Below are positions 19,201-28,400 of a stretch of DNA of 39,269 nucleotides, piece after piece. The number at the start of each line of letters is the position of its first letter. Positions within the stretch are counted from its first letter, which is position 1. The position numbers and the translations under genes were made by a program. The notes under the pieces were generated by a model. The model searched no databases. It worked only from the letters and a program-made list of their open reading frames with translations, and was not told the origin of the DNA. The DNA is from a virus (lineage: Duplodnaviria > Caudoviricetes), in the IMG/VR virus record IMGVR_UViG_3300033076_000370, positions 1-39,269 of that record; one strand, 5' to 3'.

Positions 19201-20071
19201 AGCTTTAGAAATATACGATTTTACTATATTCAAATACATTAAACGATTAATTCCTGAACGAGCAAATGCAATTACAGGATTGTTAATAGAGCCTAATGTA
19301 TTAGAAAGAAGTCGTATTCGTACTAATAGACCGACTGTTGAAGATTTAACTCATGAAGGATTATTAGACGATCCTAAACCTGAATTATCGTCAATATATA
19401 CAGTATATAACGCTGATATATACGAAGTTACTGGTTCATTAACTCCTGAATATTTTTATGATAGAATTGGTACGGTAGATTATAATTATACCGATAACAT
19501 GACGTCTGAATTCGATTCATTAGAAAGTACAGTAGACGCGTCTAAAAATAAATCAGTTAATATATTTGAAGAATTACGTACTGAAAAATTCCCAGTGTCA
19601 AAGTTATGGGTATCGTCCAGCAATACCGGGTTTCGTATTTTAACTGGATCATGGCCTCGCACAAATTTGCATGAATGGCCATCTAAACGATTAGTTGGTA
19701 ATGAATGGATTAATTATAAAGGAGAATATACTCCAATTCATTTATTTGTAGAAAATTCAAGAACTTCGACTACTGCAGAAGTTAAAAGATTCTTTTATTC
19801 ATCGGCAGTATCTGCTAGTAGAGGGTTAGCATATTCTGCTAGCTACGAACCAGCTCAAATTCAAGATTATAACGCTGCAGGTCAAGAAAATATAAAATAC
19901 GTTGGATCTAAATTAACTGGCCCAGGCATTAATATTAATACGACTGCAACTGTAGACGGAGGTCCGGTTGTAAAAGTAACTAAAGTTAATAAAAAGAGAC
20001 TTGTATTTTCTAGAAATCAACCAACTACTATTGACAGTTTAGTTAATGGTCCAGGCAAGAAGAGTATATAA
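16220..20071 (+). CDS. Large baseplate wedge protein (gp7/P2 gpI-like core) with LamG-like domain
   Basis: NLPYILKSKGTARSIKALLASYG; DDEWQTVAL...WYGHYQEVRLW. Confidence 0.65.
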   Translation: MLKTYTNQQQILNSSKAIQGSRIETTDLNLLPSKQYSVTLKTDKSITEVTPLKLEMHVYTLDGVYLTGDHSINYELGSNKSEQFTAFNHLSVNVLEELNRLGIQRGQYKVAFNFLDEILGFYEGHKLWIKEISPSRREMRLQFSETNSVTIGKQFDQFVNRLNVLDRNKLFDSFVINFGNNELYQIVNVRSQEDENGFFEVVVKLYQPLPAKYGEKQQVWICEEVIAPTLDTINLIAKVVLPEVNKLAGPNFDLEEVSGQSIATGYKNWTDLLSSNVQTSQQLIDSYFSGSLSGVDLNINYNDFENFVHYSNASERIQNFYYKLQLIESYTDRIQILLNTSGSETVVNLDDTYRKRNAVVSGFDGFEKYLFFESTGSRIYTHLTSSYDVQPWPKQAVTGQGDDPYEYFYTNVASDSVSGLAYYRDLLEDAAIYDKNNIHSLINTVPAHILNDETNEEFSTFVYMLGQHFDILWSYIKHLTDINVREEHPQDGMSPDLLYHVAKSQGFELLNGRSAHDLWKYTLGTDASGSVDITQSSEKTTKELWRRLVNNLPYILKSKGTARSIKALLASYGIPSSVLTIKEYGGPSTFTDGSHFPQYIHDTYKYAWLSSGSLRIPSGTYNNGYGTAVTASVLEFRFKADSNYTYNVNTDYIIASTVANNTGSYGPYDSAITLKRESLDNEDATLYFKIYNSSGVAVSSSISNLDIFDDEWQTVALQYSASTAFDTYKLNVVKSKYGKAVYHYSSSVSMSVANRHKIPLTQDIAFSQDTVTAGKWYGHYQEVRLWSGSLNDASIEEHAHSPNTYTFNVDRLKLISGNEALDPYYHLLQRFTLSDNTIFSGSFYQKSVHPNQTINLSRSIYFNGYATSASITFEPFEETYYTPSPSLGGSSLYSDKVRIESSSLTPNLILSNKRRAEQSSFDKYSLDSNRVGVYFSPQNSINEDIFNQVGYYEIDDYIGDPGDLYNDRYENLVEFSQGYWKKYENKNDFEAFFRALEIYDFTIFKYIKRLIPERANAITGLLIEPNVLERSRIRTNRPTVEDLTHEGLLDDPKPELSSIYTVYNADIYEVTGSLTPEYFYDRIGTVDYNYTDNMTSEFDSLESTVDASKNKSVNIFEELRTEKFPVSKLWVSSSNTGFRILTGSWPRTNLHEWPSKRLVGNEWINYKGEYTPIHLFVENSRTSTTAEVKRFFYSSAVSASRGLAYSASYEPAQIQDYNAAGQENIKYVGSKLTGPGININTTATVDGGPVVKVTKVNKKRLVFSRNQPTTIDSLVNGPGKKSI

Positions 20072-20090
20072 TTGAAATTTTACAAATATC

Positions 20091-20098
20091 ATATTTAT
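20091..20098 (+). promoter_or_regulatory. Putative late promoter ATATTTAT
   Basis: 29 nt before ATG 20120. Confidence 0.65.
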
Positions 20099-20119
20099 TA
20101 ATAAATTAAAACAGAAAGT

Positions 20120-20800
20120 ATGGGATATTTAGATAATAGCTCGATAACAGTTGATGCAATTCTAACTAAAAAAGGAAGAGAATTGTTAGCAAGAGGACGC
20201 AGCGAGTTTAAAATTACGCAATTTGCATTGTCAGACGATGAAGTAGATTATGATTTATGGAATCCTGCTCATCCACTAGGGTCAAATTACTATGGTATTA
20301 TTATTGAAAATATGCCATTAGTCGAAGCTACTCCAGACGAGTCTCAAATGTTAAAGTATAAGTTAGTATCTTTACCAAAGAAGACTAGTCGTATACCAGT
20401 TATTCAAGTAGCACAAACTTCTGTTACATTAACTTCGCCAGGTCAGAAATTCCCAATTGAGCCTACCACTATTAACTTTACTGGAGGTAATAGCACATTA
20501 GGATATACATTGATATTAAGCGATTCAGACGCTGCTGATGTGCAAGTTGTGTCAGCTCCTACTAGATCAGTAACCGCTACAATACCTCAATTTATTGGAG
20601 ATGCTGATGCCGCTCAAAGCGTTGCATTTACAGGATTTACTTTTAATGTAATTGCTAAGCAACAGTTAGTTAAAAACAAAACTGCTACTATTACAATAAT
20701 TGGTAATGAGACTGGCGGACGTGCTACTATTGCATTAACAGTTAAGAAAGTTGAAGTTGCTACTGCAACTAATGTATCTTTAGTTAATAGCTCAAAATAA
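20120..20800 (+). CDS. Virion structural protein, tail-collar (DUF3751)-like N-terminus
   Basis: AILTKKGRELLARG...KITQFALSD; beta-rich C-terminal half. Confidence 0.6.
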   Translation: MGYLDNSSITVDAILTKKGRELLARGRSEFKITQFALSDDEVDYDLWNPAHPLGSNYYGIIIENMPLVEATPDESQMLKYKLVSLPKKTSRIPVIQVAQTSVTLTSPGQKFPIEPTTINFTGGNSTLGYTLILSDSDAADVQVVSAPTRSVTATIPQFIGDADAAQSVAFTGFTFNVIAKQQLVKNKTATITIIGNETGGRATIALTVKKVEVATATNVSLVNSSK

Positions 20801-20822
20801 TTTATAATAAAAGAAAAATATA

Positions 20823-22199
20823 ATGGCTAGAACAATTGTCCCAACAAATATATTTGGATTCGGATCGCAGCAGCCACTGCAGCAGCCGCCGAATTTTACT
20901 ACTACTGCGCCTAATAATCCATTGCTATCAAATCCGATTATAGCAGCTGCAGCCGCTGCTAATTTTAGTAATAACGCTGCCGCTGCTAATGCAGCTCAGA
21001 ATGCAGCTATACAGCAAGCTCAAATTGATCGTTTAGTAGAAGAGCGTGCACAGGTAATAGCTAATCAAATTGTACAAGCTCAAGCAGCACAGGCTCAATT
21101 AGTAAAAAATAGCGGACGAGTATTTACTAGATTTAATATAGCTGATGATGTAATTGAAAATCAAAAGACTGTTGTTACGCGAGGCTTATTTGGCGGCGAA
21201 GCTTCAATGTCGGTTATTTATTCGTCATCTGTACAGACAGCAACGCAAAAACAATACTATTATGATTGTTTAGCTGGATCTACTTCATATTTCTCAGTCG
21301 CATATGGTCATCGATTAGGAAGCGGGTCTGATGCCGACGGTACAAATAACGATTCTCCTAACAGAGCAGTATATTCACAGTATCGTTTATTGTTGTTAGA
21401 ACCAGGTGATACAACATTTACTTTTGATGCCGGCAATTCTAATAGATCATCAGATCATATATACGTTGTTAATTTAAACAGAAGCGCATTAAAAGAAAAG
21501 TTAGATCCAGGTAACTGGCAATTATCGTTAGCTAAACTGTCAGGATCATTTTATGCGAATAGTGTTCATACTGGGTCAAATGTTAAAGTTGCTCAAGGAG
21601 GCGGGGGAGGTTTAATTACTTTAATTGATGATTCAGGCGACGCTTTAGAATCGCTACAAGGAAACTCAGGCGCAGTATATAATATTGTGTCAGGATCTAT
21701 TACAAATGGAGTATATAATTCTGCAGCTCCGATATATTATGGATTAGTATATCCTGATTTAGGTATTATGGTATTGGATGCTAATATGCTAGATAAGTCA
21801 GCATCATTTAATTCTGTAACCGGATCTGATATCCCAGGCGATAATGCATTCAAATTATTTACTTCTATATCCGGATCATTTGTCACTGCACGTGCGAATA
21901 TAGTAACTAATGAAGGCTATGAAGCTTTTAATGCACGTAATGCTGAAACTATTACGTCAACTCATTACTTTGTGAGAATTAAAAATGGCGAATATAATTT
22001 CTCAAATAATCCAACGTTTACAACCGGTTCATTAGGAGAGTTTAAGCAAGCAACGTTTGTAGGAGATCCTAAAACGTATATTACCACAGTAGGTATGTAT
22101 AACGATCGTCAAGAATTGTTAGCCGTTGCTAAGTTATCGCAACCAATACAAAAATCGTTTGAAAAAGAAGCTTTGGTTAAAGTTAAGCTAGACTTCTAA
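20823..22199 (+). CDS. Virion structural protein (baseplate/fibre attachment-like)
   Basis: C-terminus YITTVGMYNDRQELLAVAKLSQPIQK...VKLDF, paralogous to the next gene; low-complexity N-terminus. Confidence 0.65.
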   Translation: MARTIVPTNIFGFGSQQPLQQPPNFTTTAPNNPLLSNPIIAAAAAANFSNNAAAANAAQNAAIQQAQIDRLVEERAQVIANQIVQAQAAQAQLVKNSGRVFTRFNIADDVIENQKTVVTRGLFGGEASMSVIYSSSVQTATQKQYYYDCLAGSTSYFSVAYGHRLGSGSDADGTNNDSPNRAVYSQYRLLLLEPGDTTFTFDAGNSNRSSDHIYVVNLNRSALKEKLDPGNWQLSLAKLSGSFYANSVHTGSNVKVAQGGGGGLITLIDDSGDALESLQGNSGAVYNIVSGSITNGVYNSAAPIYYGLVYPDLGIMVLDANMLDKSASFNSVTGSDIPGDNAFKLFTSISGSFVTARANIVTNEGYEAFNARNAETITSTHYFVRIKNGEYNFSNNPTFTTGSLGEFKQATFVGDPKTYITTVGMYNDRQELLAVAKLSQPIQKSFEKEALVKVKLDF

Positions 22200-22220
22200 T
22201 AAATTTTAAAATAGTAACTA

Positions 22221-22254
22221 ATAGGCTCTTTGATATTTATATTAAAGAGCCTAT
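22221..22254 (+). promoter_or_regulatory. Hairpin with late motif ATATTTAT (22233-22240) at its apex
   Basis: ATAGGCTCTTT (22221-22231) / AAAGAGCCTAT (22244-22254), a perfect 11-bp inverted repeat. Confidence 0.75.
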
Positions 22255-22262
22255 CTACTAAT

Positions 22263-24011
22263 ATGAAAACAGGTGTATTTAAACGTATCGATTCTAGAGA
22301 CAGAAATATAACTCCTTTCAAGGTTTATAAATCATTTCAATTTACTTCTACATCTAGTATGGATACTGAAGGTTTAAGTCGTTTAACTGCAATTAAACCT
22401 AATCCAAAGTTATATGCCGGAGGAGTTGTCACACTTAATGCTCGTCAGAATGTAGAAAGTGCATCTGCATTAATCAATAATCATATATCAAAAAGTGCGT
22501 CTGAAATTTACTATAGTATAAATCATTTATATTATACTAGAACAGACAAGCCATATGAAACGTTTGGGCATACCAACCCAGCTAACATAGAAAGAACGTT
22601 ATTTGACAATGCAACTGTAATATCAATTCCACAGAAAAAATTCGGTGAGCGTATAAAAGCAAATTCAGTTAAATTTGTATATACTGGATCGTTAGGAGAC
22701 ACTACTACATACACTTCTCCAGTATCATTTAGTTTATCAGATGATGGATACGGAAATTTAGTTGACGATGCTTTGCCAGCTGAAATTTCTGATGAAGTAT
22801 TTTATTTAGGATTTAATGATTTGACTTATAGTTACGATTGGAACGTTCCAACATCAAAAAGTGCAGACTTTGAAACAAAAACGTTTAATACAACAGTGGT
22901 AACTGCTAACGGATATTTTATTACTAGCAGTTTTATTATCGATAATAATCCAATTGGAAATGCAATTCAATTTAATGATTATAACGGCTATATTCATGTA
23001 AGACATACTCCAGATTTAAATTTTAATAACGAAGATGATTTTGCAATTTCATTATGGGCAAAATCAACTGAAACTGATGACACTAATAGAACGTTAGTAA
23101 GTAAACGATTTACAAAAACTAAAGAGTCGGATCCTTCAAAAATAACGTATTCTCCTAGAAGTCAATATCCTATTGAAATATTTTGGAAACGTAATGGAAG
23201 CTCTACCAACGTAATATCAGTACGTTGTAGTGACGGATCATCGACTGTTAATATTACAAGAACATTAGGAACTAATGAGTATTATCATATTACGACTCAA
23301 AAAACAGGTTCCGTATTAGAGCTATATGTAGACGGTGCCTTAACAGACACTGCATCTCTTAGTAGTCTTTCATATTTTTCTAACGATGCTGATATTATAT
23401 TTGCAAATCGATCGATTGACACTAAAACATGGGAGCCGCTACCACAAAATGCTTTTAAAGGAGCGTTAGATGAAATTTTTATTTTCAAAAAAGCTTTAAC
23501 GGCTACAGAAGTTGGATATTTAGCAAACAAAGCAACTTTGCTGAACACTCCAGTAGTAGGAAATGTATTTTACGAACATGGTATAGTTGTTATTTCAGAT
23601 CCTAGAAAATATTACGCTCAAAAGCTTATAAACAGTGACGCTGGAGCATATTTCTTTGGCGATGCTTTAACTGATCAAGAATCGAATTCGAATCAGTCTA
23701 GACCTGGAATGTATAATAATTTCTTATTCCAGTATAATGCTACGCAAACGTTATATGAACATGAGTTCCTTTGCAAAATAGCTGAAGATGAGTTTAATTT
23801 TACAATGAACCCTACTATACGTAAAAATAACGATCCTAACGGAGAAATGCCAAAAGATTGGGTATTAGAAGAAGATACATTTGGCCCGTATATTACAACG
23901 GTTGGATTGTATGACGACGCTGGTCAGTTGTTGGCAGTAGGCAAATTATCTAGTCCAATTAAAAAACGTGACAGTGTAGAAACAAACATTATCGTAAGAT
24001 TCGATATTTAA
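22263..24011 (+). CDS. Virion structural protein with LamG/concanavalin-like domain
   Basis: FAISLW, YYHIT, LELYVDG, FKGALDEIFIFKKALT; C-terminus YITTVGLYDDAGQLLAVGKL; start moved to ATG 22263, downstream of the promoter motif. Confidence 0.75.
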   Translation: MKTGVFKRIDSRDRNITPFKVYKSFQFTSTSSMDTEGLSRLTAIKPNPKLYAGGVVTLNARQNVESASALINNHISKSASEIYYSINHLYYTRTDKPYETFGHTNPANIERTLFDNATVISIPQKKFGERIKANSVKFVYTGSLGDTTTYTSPVSFSLSDDGYGNLVDDALPAEISDEVFYLGFNDLTYSYDWNVPTSKSADFETKTFNTTVVTANGYFITSSFIIDNNPIGNAIQFNDYNGYIHVRHTPDLNFNNEDDFAISLWAKSTETDDTNRTLVSKRFTKTKESDPSKITYSPRSQYPIEIFWKRNGSSTNVISVRCSDGSSTVNITRTLGTNEYYHITTQKTGSVLELYVDGALTDTASLSSLSYFSNDADIIFANRSIDTKTWEPLPQNAFKGALDEIFIFKKALTATEVGYLANKATLLNTPVVGNVFYEHGIVVISDPRKYYAQKLINSDAGAYFFGDALTDQESNSNQSRPGMYNNFLFQYNATQTLYEHEFLCKIAEDEFNFTMNPTIRKNNDPNGEMPKDWVLEEDTFGPYITTVGLYDDAGQLLAVGKLSSPIKKRDSVETNIIVRFDI

Positions 24012-24024
24012 AATAAAATAAGTT

Positions 24025-24429
24025 ATGGCAAGAGCTAAATTTTCAAAAAAAGCCGTTGCAGCTAAATATGGGTTCCGAAGTGGACTCGAAATGCAAATCA
24101 GCGAAGAACTTCAATCTAAAGGTATTGATGGTGAATACGAAAAAAACGTAATTCAATATGTTGTTCCAGCTTCAAATCATAAATATAAACCTGACTTTCG
24201 ATTGCCAAATGGTATATTCGTTGAGACTAAAGGAAGGTTTTTAATGGCAGATAGAAAGAAGCATATTCTAATTAAAGAACAACATCCTGAGTTAGATATT
24301 AGATTTTTATTTCAAAATTCAAAAGCTAGAATTAGCAAAGCATCTAAGACTACATACGCTTCTTGGTGTGATAAATATGGATTCAAATACGCAGACAAAA
24401 CTATTCCTGAAGATTGGTATCAAGAATAA
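24025..24429 (+). CDS. Holliday junction resolvase, T7 endonuclease I (gp3) family
   Basis: FRSGLE, YKPDFRLPNGIFVETKGRF, DRKKH, DIRFLF, SKTTYASWC. Confidence 0.93.
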   Translation: MARAKFSKKAVAAKYGFRSGLEMQISEELQSKGIDGEYEKNVIQYVVPASNHKYKPDFRLPNGIFVETKGRFLMADRKKHILIKEQHPELDIRFLFQNSKARISKASKTTYASWCDKYGFKYADKTIPEDWYQE

Positions 24430-24461
24430 TTTGGTAAATTCGTATGAAGTCTATATATTAC
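24430..24461 (+). promoter_or_regulatory. Early-type promoter TTTG-N20-TATATTAC
   Basis: TTTG 24430-24433, TATATTAC 24454-24461; ATG at 24466. Confidence 0.65.
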
Positions 24462-24465
24462 AACC

Positions 24466-25416
24466 ATGGTGAATACTAAACTAACTGATTTAATAGATTC
24501 TGTCTTAGGAAAAGGAAAAGACACTAATAAAGGCAATAAAGCATACCATTGCCCATTTTGCCAGTCAGGCAAAAAGAAATTAGAAGTTCAGTTAGTTACC
24601 AATGATAAAGGAGAAAATGCTTGGCATTGTTGGGTGTGTAATAAAGCAGGTAAGAAGATATCAACGCTGTTTAAAACGATTAACGTAAGTCGTGATAAAC
24701 TGTCTGAACTGTATAAAATTGTCAATAGTAATACAAGATATAGTAGTAGGGAGATCGCAGGTTTACAAGCATCTACGACAGTAATCGAGTTACCTAAAGA
24801 GTATATACCATTGTATAGACATTCCGACTCTATTGAATATAAAAATGCTATACATTATCTTCGCAACAAACGAAATTTAACGTTGTCAGAGATAGTAAAA
24901 TATGGGATAGGATATTGTGAGTCAGGCGAATATGCACATAAAATTATTATTCCTAGCTATGATGAAAATGGCAAACTTAATTATTTTGTAGGTAGAGCCT
25001 ATTACGATGCCGAATCATTTAAACATAAAAACCCAGACGTATCAAAAAATTGCGTTGGATTTGAGCTATTTATAAATTGGAGTCTCCCGTTAGTGTTAGT
25101 TGAAGGTAGTTTTGATGCGATTGCAGTAAGACGTAATGCTATTCCATTATTCGGAAAGACTATATCAGAAGATTTACGTAAAAAGATAATCGAGAACAAA
25201 GTTAAACAGTTATATATTTGTTTAGATAAAGACGCGCAGAAGCAGGCGCTAGAACATGCTGAGTACTTTATGAATAATGGAGTAGAAGTTTATTTTGTCG
25301 ATCTACAAGAAAAGGATCCAGCCGAAATTGGATTTGAAAGAATGTGTAGCTTAATTAAAGAAACTCCTGCTTTAACATTTTCAAAGTTTATTGAATATAA
25401 ATTATTTAGTTTATGA
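24466..25416 (+). CDS. DNA primase (Zn-finger plus TOPRIM)
   Basis: CPFC...HCWVC; IIIP...YFVGR; LVEGSFDA; CLDKD; KDPAE. Confidence 0.92.
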   Translation: MVNTKLTDLIDSVLGKGKDTNKGNKAYHCPFCQSGKKKLEVQLVTNDKGENAWHCWVCNKAGKKISTLFKTINVSRDKLSELYKIVNSNTRYSSREIAGLQASTTVIELPKEYIPLYRHSDSIEYKNAIHYLRNKRNLTLSEIVKYGIGYCESGEYAHKIIIPSYDENGKLNYFVGRAYYDAESFKHKNPDVSKNCVGFELFINWSLPLVLVEGSFDAIAVRRNAIPLFGKTISEDLRKKIIENKVKQLYICLDKDAQKQALEHAEYFMNNGVEVYFVDLQEKDPAEIGFERMCSLIKETPALTFSKFIEYKLFSL

Positions 25417-28400
25417 TACAAAAAATTGACATTGGATTAACTAAAATTGATAAGATATATCATTTAGCAGATATCCATATTCGAAACTTAAAACGGCATA
25501 CAGAATATAAAACTGTATTTGCTAGAACGGTTGATGTTATTAAATCGACTATTCAGCCCAATGATGTAATCTTTTTAGGCGGTGATATTGTACACGCTAA
25601 AACAGATATGACTCCTGAGTTAGTTCAATCTGTGCAAGAATTCTTTAAGATGTTTGCTGATATTGCTCCGACAATATTAATTACAGGTAATCATGATTGC
25701 AACTTAAACAATAAATCTAGATTAGACGCATTAACTCCAATTGTCAACGCTTTAAATCATCCTAACCTGTATTATCTTAAAGATTCTGGGGTATATGAGC
25801 TGGCCGATAAACACTTTGTAGTTATGTCAGTTTTTGATAAACCTAAAGATTTTATTCGATCTAATCAATTTGAAGGTAAGTATAAAATTGCACTTCATCA
25901 TGGAGCAGTTAATAATGCTTTAACTGATATTGGATTTAGGTTAGTAAATGACAATGTAGATTTAGCTTTATTTGATGGATATGAATTAGTTTTATTAGGA
26001 GATATTCATAAGCCTGCACAATATTTAGATGCAAATAAAACAGTTGCATATCCAGGATCGCTTATTCAACAAAATTATGCAGAGGCTTTAGAGCATGGAA
26101 TGTTAATTTGGGATACGGCTACTAAAGAATCAGAATTTGTTATTATTCCTAATGATATATGTTATTACACTTTAGAAATTAATACAGCAGCGTATACTCC
26201 TATACCAGACAAGCTAATAGGAAAGACTATACGCCTTCGAATTAAAGTTCAAAATACAGATGCATCTGATTTAAAAAGTATCATAGCTGAAATTAAAACT
26301 AAATTTACAATTGAAGAATATACTATTCAAAAAATTAATGACTTTACAACGAATAAAACTCGCGTACAGAAAATTAATATTGGAGATGTTAGAGACGTTG
26401 AATATCAAAATGAACTTATATCTAAGTATTTAGAGAATAAATTTGCTTTAGAAAATGAATTGTTAGACGGAGTTCGTCATGTTAATCGTACGGTCAATTC
26501 ATCATTAACTAAATTAGACGCTAGTCGAAATGTATCTTGGATACCAAAACGATTTGAGTTTAGTAATATGTTTAGTTATGGACCTGACAATTACATTAAT
26601 TTTGAAAATATGAAAGGAGTTCATGGAATATTCGCTCCTAACGCTTCAGGTAAATCTACAATGTTAGATGCTATTACTTATTGTATATTTGATAAATGTG
26701 GCAGAACTTCTAAAGCTTCTAATGTATTAAATAACAGGTCATCTTCGTTTAAATGTAAATTTACTTTTGAATTAGATAACATAACATATTATATTGAAAA
26801 AACAGGTACTAAAGGACGTGGCAATCACGTTAGAGTAGATGTTGATTTTTATACGTTAGATGATTTAGGAAATAAAACTTCATTAAATGGTAAAGAGCGT
26901 AGCGAAACTAATGATCACATTCGTAACATTTTAGGCACGTATGAAGATTTTGTTTTAACTGCCCTTTCAGTTCAAAACAACAATACTGGCTTTATTGATA
27001 TGGCTCAAAAAGATCGCAAAGATTTATTAAGTCAGTTTTTAGATATTAATATCTTTGAAGATTTATATTCTGTTGCTAATAATGATATTAAAGAAGTTGC
27101 AACGTTAGTTAAAGAATACCAACGTCAAGACTTTTCAACTCAATTGGCAAATGCTATAACAGATATTGAACAATACAAGACTGAATGTAATGAGTTTGAA
27201 ACGGAGAAAGTAAAATTGGAACAAGATATTGCTGTGTTAAGCGAACAAATTTTAACACTTACGCAAAACTTGATTCCAGTAGACACTTCAATTGAAGACA
27301 TTAATTCATTAACTGCTTTACGTGAAAAGGCTAATGAGTTAGTATCACAATTTCAAAATGAAATTTCTGCAAAGAATCAATTAGTATCTGATATAACGAA
27401 TAAAATTGACACGCTTAAATCGACTATAGATTCTATTAATATCAATGAAGTGCAGGCTCGTATTGATGTATTAAATAATCTTAAGACTACCCAGACTACT
27501 TTAAATGGAACAGTTGAAAGATTAAAGGCAGAAGTTCGTGCAAAGCTAGAGAAAATGGAAAAGCTAAACGATTTGAAGTATGACGAGAATTGTACGTTTT
27601 GTATGGATAATATCTTTGTTAAAGACGCAATAGCTACTAAAAATTCTATTGAAGCTGACAAATCCGAAGCCAGAGATTTAATTAATAAGTTGACAGATAT
27701 TAATGAGCGTATTCAAAAGTTAGAACCTTCTGTAGCAGAAAAAGATTCTTATAATGCATTACAAAAACAATTACATCAATTAGAAGCATCAAAACTTTCA
27801 GCTGAATCTGAAGTGCACCAAATTGACTCTAAATATCATCAGGTTATTGCTAAAATTGGAGATCTAGATCATAAAATTGCAGAATATTATAAAAAAGAAT
27901 CGGCTATTAAAGAAAACAATGTATTAAAACAATCCATTGCACAATTAACGGAAGAAAAAACGCAACTTAAAAATCAATTATCTGACATTAATTCTGATAT
28001 GATATCATGTACATCTAATATATTAGTGTCAGAAAAGTTGAAAGAGAAGGCTGAAGAGTCTATTGCAAAATTAAAAGACTTAGAAAAACAATATAAGTTT
28101 TATCAGTATTATTTAGAAGCAGTTAATCGAGATGGAGTACCTTATGATTTAATTACAATGGCAGTTCCTTACATTGAGCAAGAAATTAATAACATATTAA
28201 GTCAGTTAGTTGAATTTAATTTAATGTTAGAGATGGATGGCAAAAATATTAATTGTTATATTGTATACGATCAAGATGATTTTTGGCCAATAGAATTAAC
28301 ATCAGGTATGGAAAAGTTTATTTCTTCATTAGCTATTCGTACTGCATTGATTAATATTAGCAGTTTGCCTAGACCTAATTTCCTTGCTATTGATGAAGGC

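Noticed and set aside
22230-22262. TTG start at 22230 given by the ORF track
   Set aside because: Lies upstream of the late motif inside the hairpin; ATG 22263 fits the promoter spacing.
1341-27661. Other short minus-strand ORFs (e.g. 1341, 2694, 4843, 6433, 9717, 25002, 27377)
   Set aside because: All lie opposite well-supported + strand genes and show no motifs or promoters.
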